NCBI RefSeq assembly: GCF_004010195.1
Contig: NC_057750.1
Location: forward strand, 17,580,499 to 17,601,510
Direction: 5' to 3'
DNA length: 21,012 bases
Source: Chiloscyllium plagiosum
Lineage: Eukaryota
Position 1 is the first letter of the stretch; every line of letters begins with the position of its first letter. Below are positions 19,591 to 21,012 of the stretch, piece by piece. Under the pieces are notes generated by a model. That model worked only from the letters and a program-made list of their open reading frames with translations. It was not told where the DNA came from and did not search any database. The position numbers and the translations under genes are program-made.

Positions 19591-21012
19591 GCACGGGGAG
19601 ATGGGTCCGTGACTGGACACCGGCACGGGGAGATAGGTCCCAGACTGGAGACCTGCACGGGGAGATGGGTCCGTGACTGGAGACCGGCACGGGGAGACAG
19701 GTCCCAGACCAGAGATCGGCACGGGGAGACAAGTCCCAGATCAGAGATCGGCACGGGGAGATGGGTCCCAGACTGGAGATCGGCACGGGGAGACAAGTCC
19801 CAGATCAGAGATCGGCACGGGGAGACGGGTCCCAGACTGGAAACTGGCATGGGGAGACGGGTCCCAGACTGGAAACTGGCACGGGGAGATGGGTCCCAGA
19901 CTGGAGACTGGCACGGGGAGACAGGTCCCAGACTGGAGACCGGCACGGGGAGACGGATCCCAGACCAGAGACCGGCACGGGGAGACGGATCTCAGACCAG
20001 AGATCGGCACGGGGAGATAGGTCCCAGACTGGAGACTGGCACGGGGAGATGGGTCCCAGACTGGAGACCGCCACGGGAGACAGATCCCAGACTGGAGACT
20101 GGCACGGGGAGATGGATCACAGACCAGAAACCGGCACGGGAGAAAAGTCCAGACTAGAGACCGGCACGGGAAGACGAGTCCCAGACTGGAAAGCACGGGG
20201 AGATGGGTCCTAGACTGGAGACCAGCATGGGGAGATGGGTCCCTACTGGAGACTGGCACGGGGAGACGGACCCCAGACTGGGGACTGGCACGGGGAGATG
20301 GGTCCCAGACTGGGGACTGGCACGGGGAGACGGACCCCAGACTGGGGACTGGCACAGGGAGATGGGTCCCAGACTGGGGACTGGCACGAGGAGACGAGTC
20401 CCAGTCTGGAGACTGGCAGAGGGAGACGGGTCCCAGACTGGAGACTGGCACAGGGAGACGGGTCCCAGACTGGAGACTGGCACGGGGAGACGGGTCCCAG
20501 TCTGGAGACCGGCACGGGGAGATGGGTCCCAACTGGAGACCGGCACGGGGAGACGGGTCCCAGACTGGAGACCGGCACGGGGAGACGGGTCCCAGACTGG
20601 AGACCGGCACGGGGAGATGGGTCCGAGACTGGAGACCGGCACGGGGAGACGGGTCCAACTGGAGACTGGCACGGGGAGATGGGTCCCAGACTGGAGACCG
20701 GCACGGGGAGACGGGTCCAACTGGAGACTGGCACGGGGAGATGGGTCCCAGACTGGAGACCGGCACGGGGAGACGGGTCCAACTGGAGACTGGCACGGGG
20801 AGATGGGTCCCAGACTGGAGACCGGCACGGGGAGACGGGTCCAACTGGAGACTGGCACGGGGAGATGGATCACAGACCAGAAACCGGCACGGGAGAAAAG
20901 TCCAGACTAGAGACCGGCACGGGAAGACGAGTCCCAGACTGGAAAGCACGGGGAGATGGGTCCCTACTGGAGACTGGCACGGGGAGACGGACCCCAGACT
21001 GGGGACTGGCAC
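19591..21012. repeat. GC-rich 32-bp minisatellite (GGCACGGGGAGAYGGGTCCCAGACTGGAGACY), ~45 units, running off the window end
   Basis: Directly visible. The period is 32 bp, with shorter (about 29-31 bp) variant units. Confidence 0.99.

Noticed and set aside
19591..21012. CRISPR-like array (32-bp periodicity)
   Set aside because: The units are directly adjacent with no unique spacers, there are no cas genes, and the context is vertebrate.
19307..21012. Long ORFs (up to 423 aa) in many frames
   Set aside because: They result from a stop-poor 32-bp repeat. The unit is not a multiple of 3, and the same peptides cycle through all frames.

Overview
This is non-coding, repeat-dense vertebrate DNA, almost certainly from a cartilaginous fish (shark). 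The assignment rests on seven HE1-type V-SINEs, the youngest with (TAATC)n tails, and on shark-type CR1 and Rex1 LINE relics. I find no confidently identifiable protein-coding gene. The listed ORFs are decayed retrotransposon ORF2 pieces, SINE read-throughs, or stop-free frames through two minisatellites (15-bp unit at 9429-10170; 32-bp unit from 19591 to the window end). The most interesting signal is a family of five short non-coding insertions with inverted-arm architecture, 13-14 bp flanking duplications and minimal type I hammerhead ribozyme cores (CUGANGA-A-stem II-GAAAC-G-UH). These look like non-autonomous Penelope-like elements, and one is a 114-bp-arm palindrome with a hammerhead motif on each strand. 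Other points are an unexplained 62-bp inverted repeat pair (14552-15105), a recent 186-bp tandem duplication that fuses two SINEs, higher-order structure in both minisatellites, nested insertions, and one weak candidate exon (1593-1668). Repeat family names come from recognition of motifs, not from a database search.
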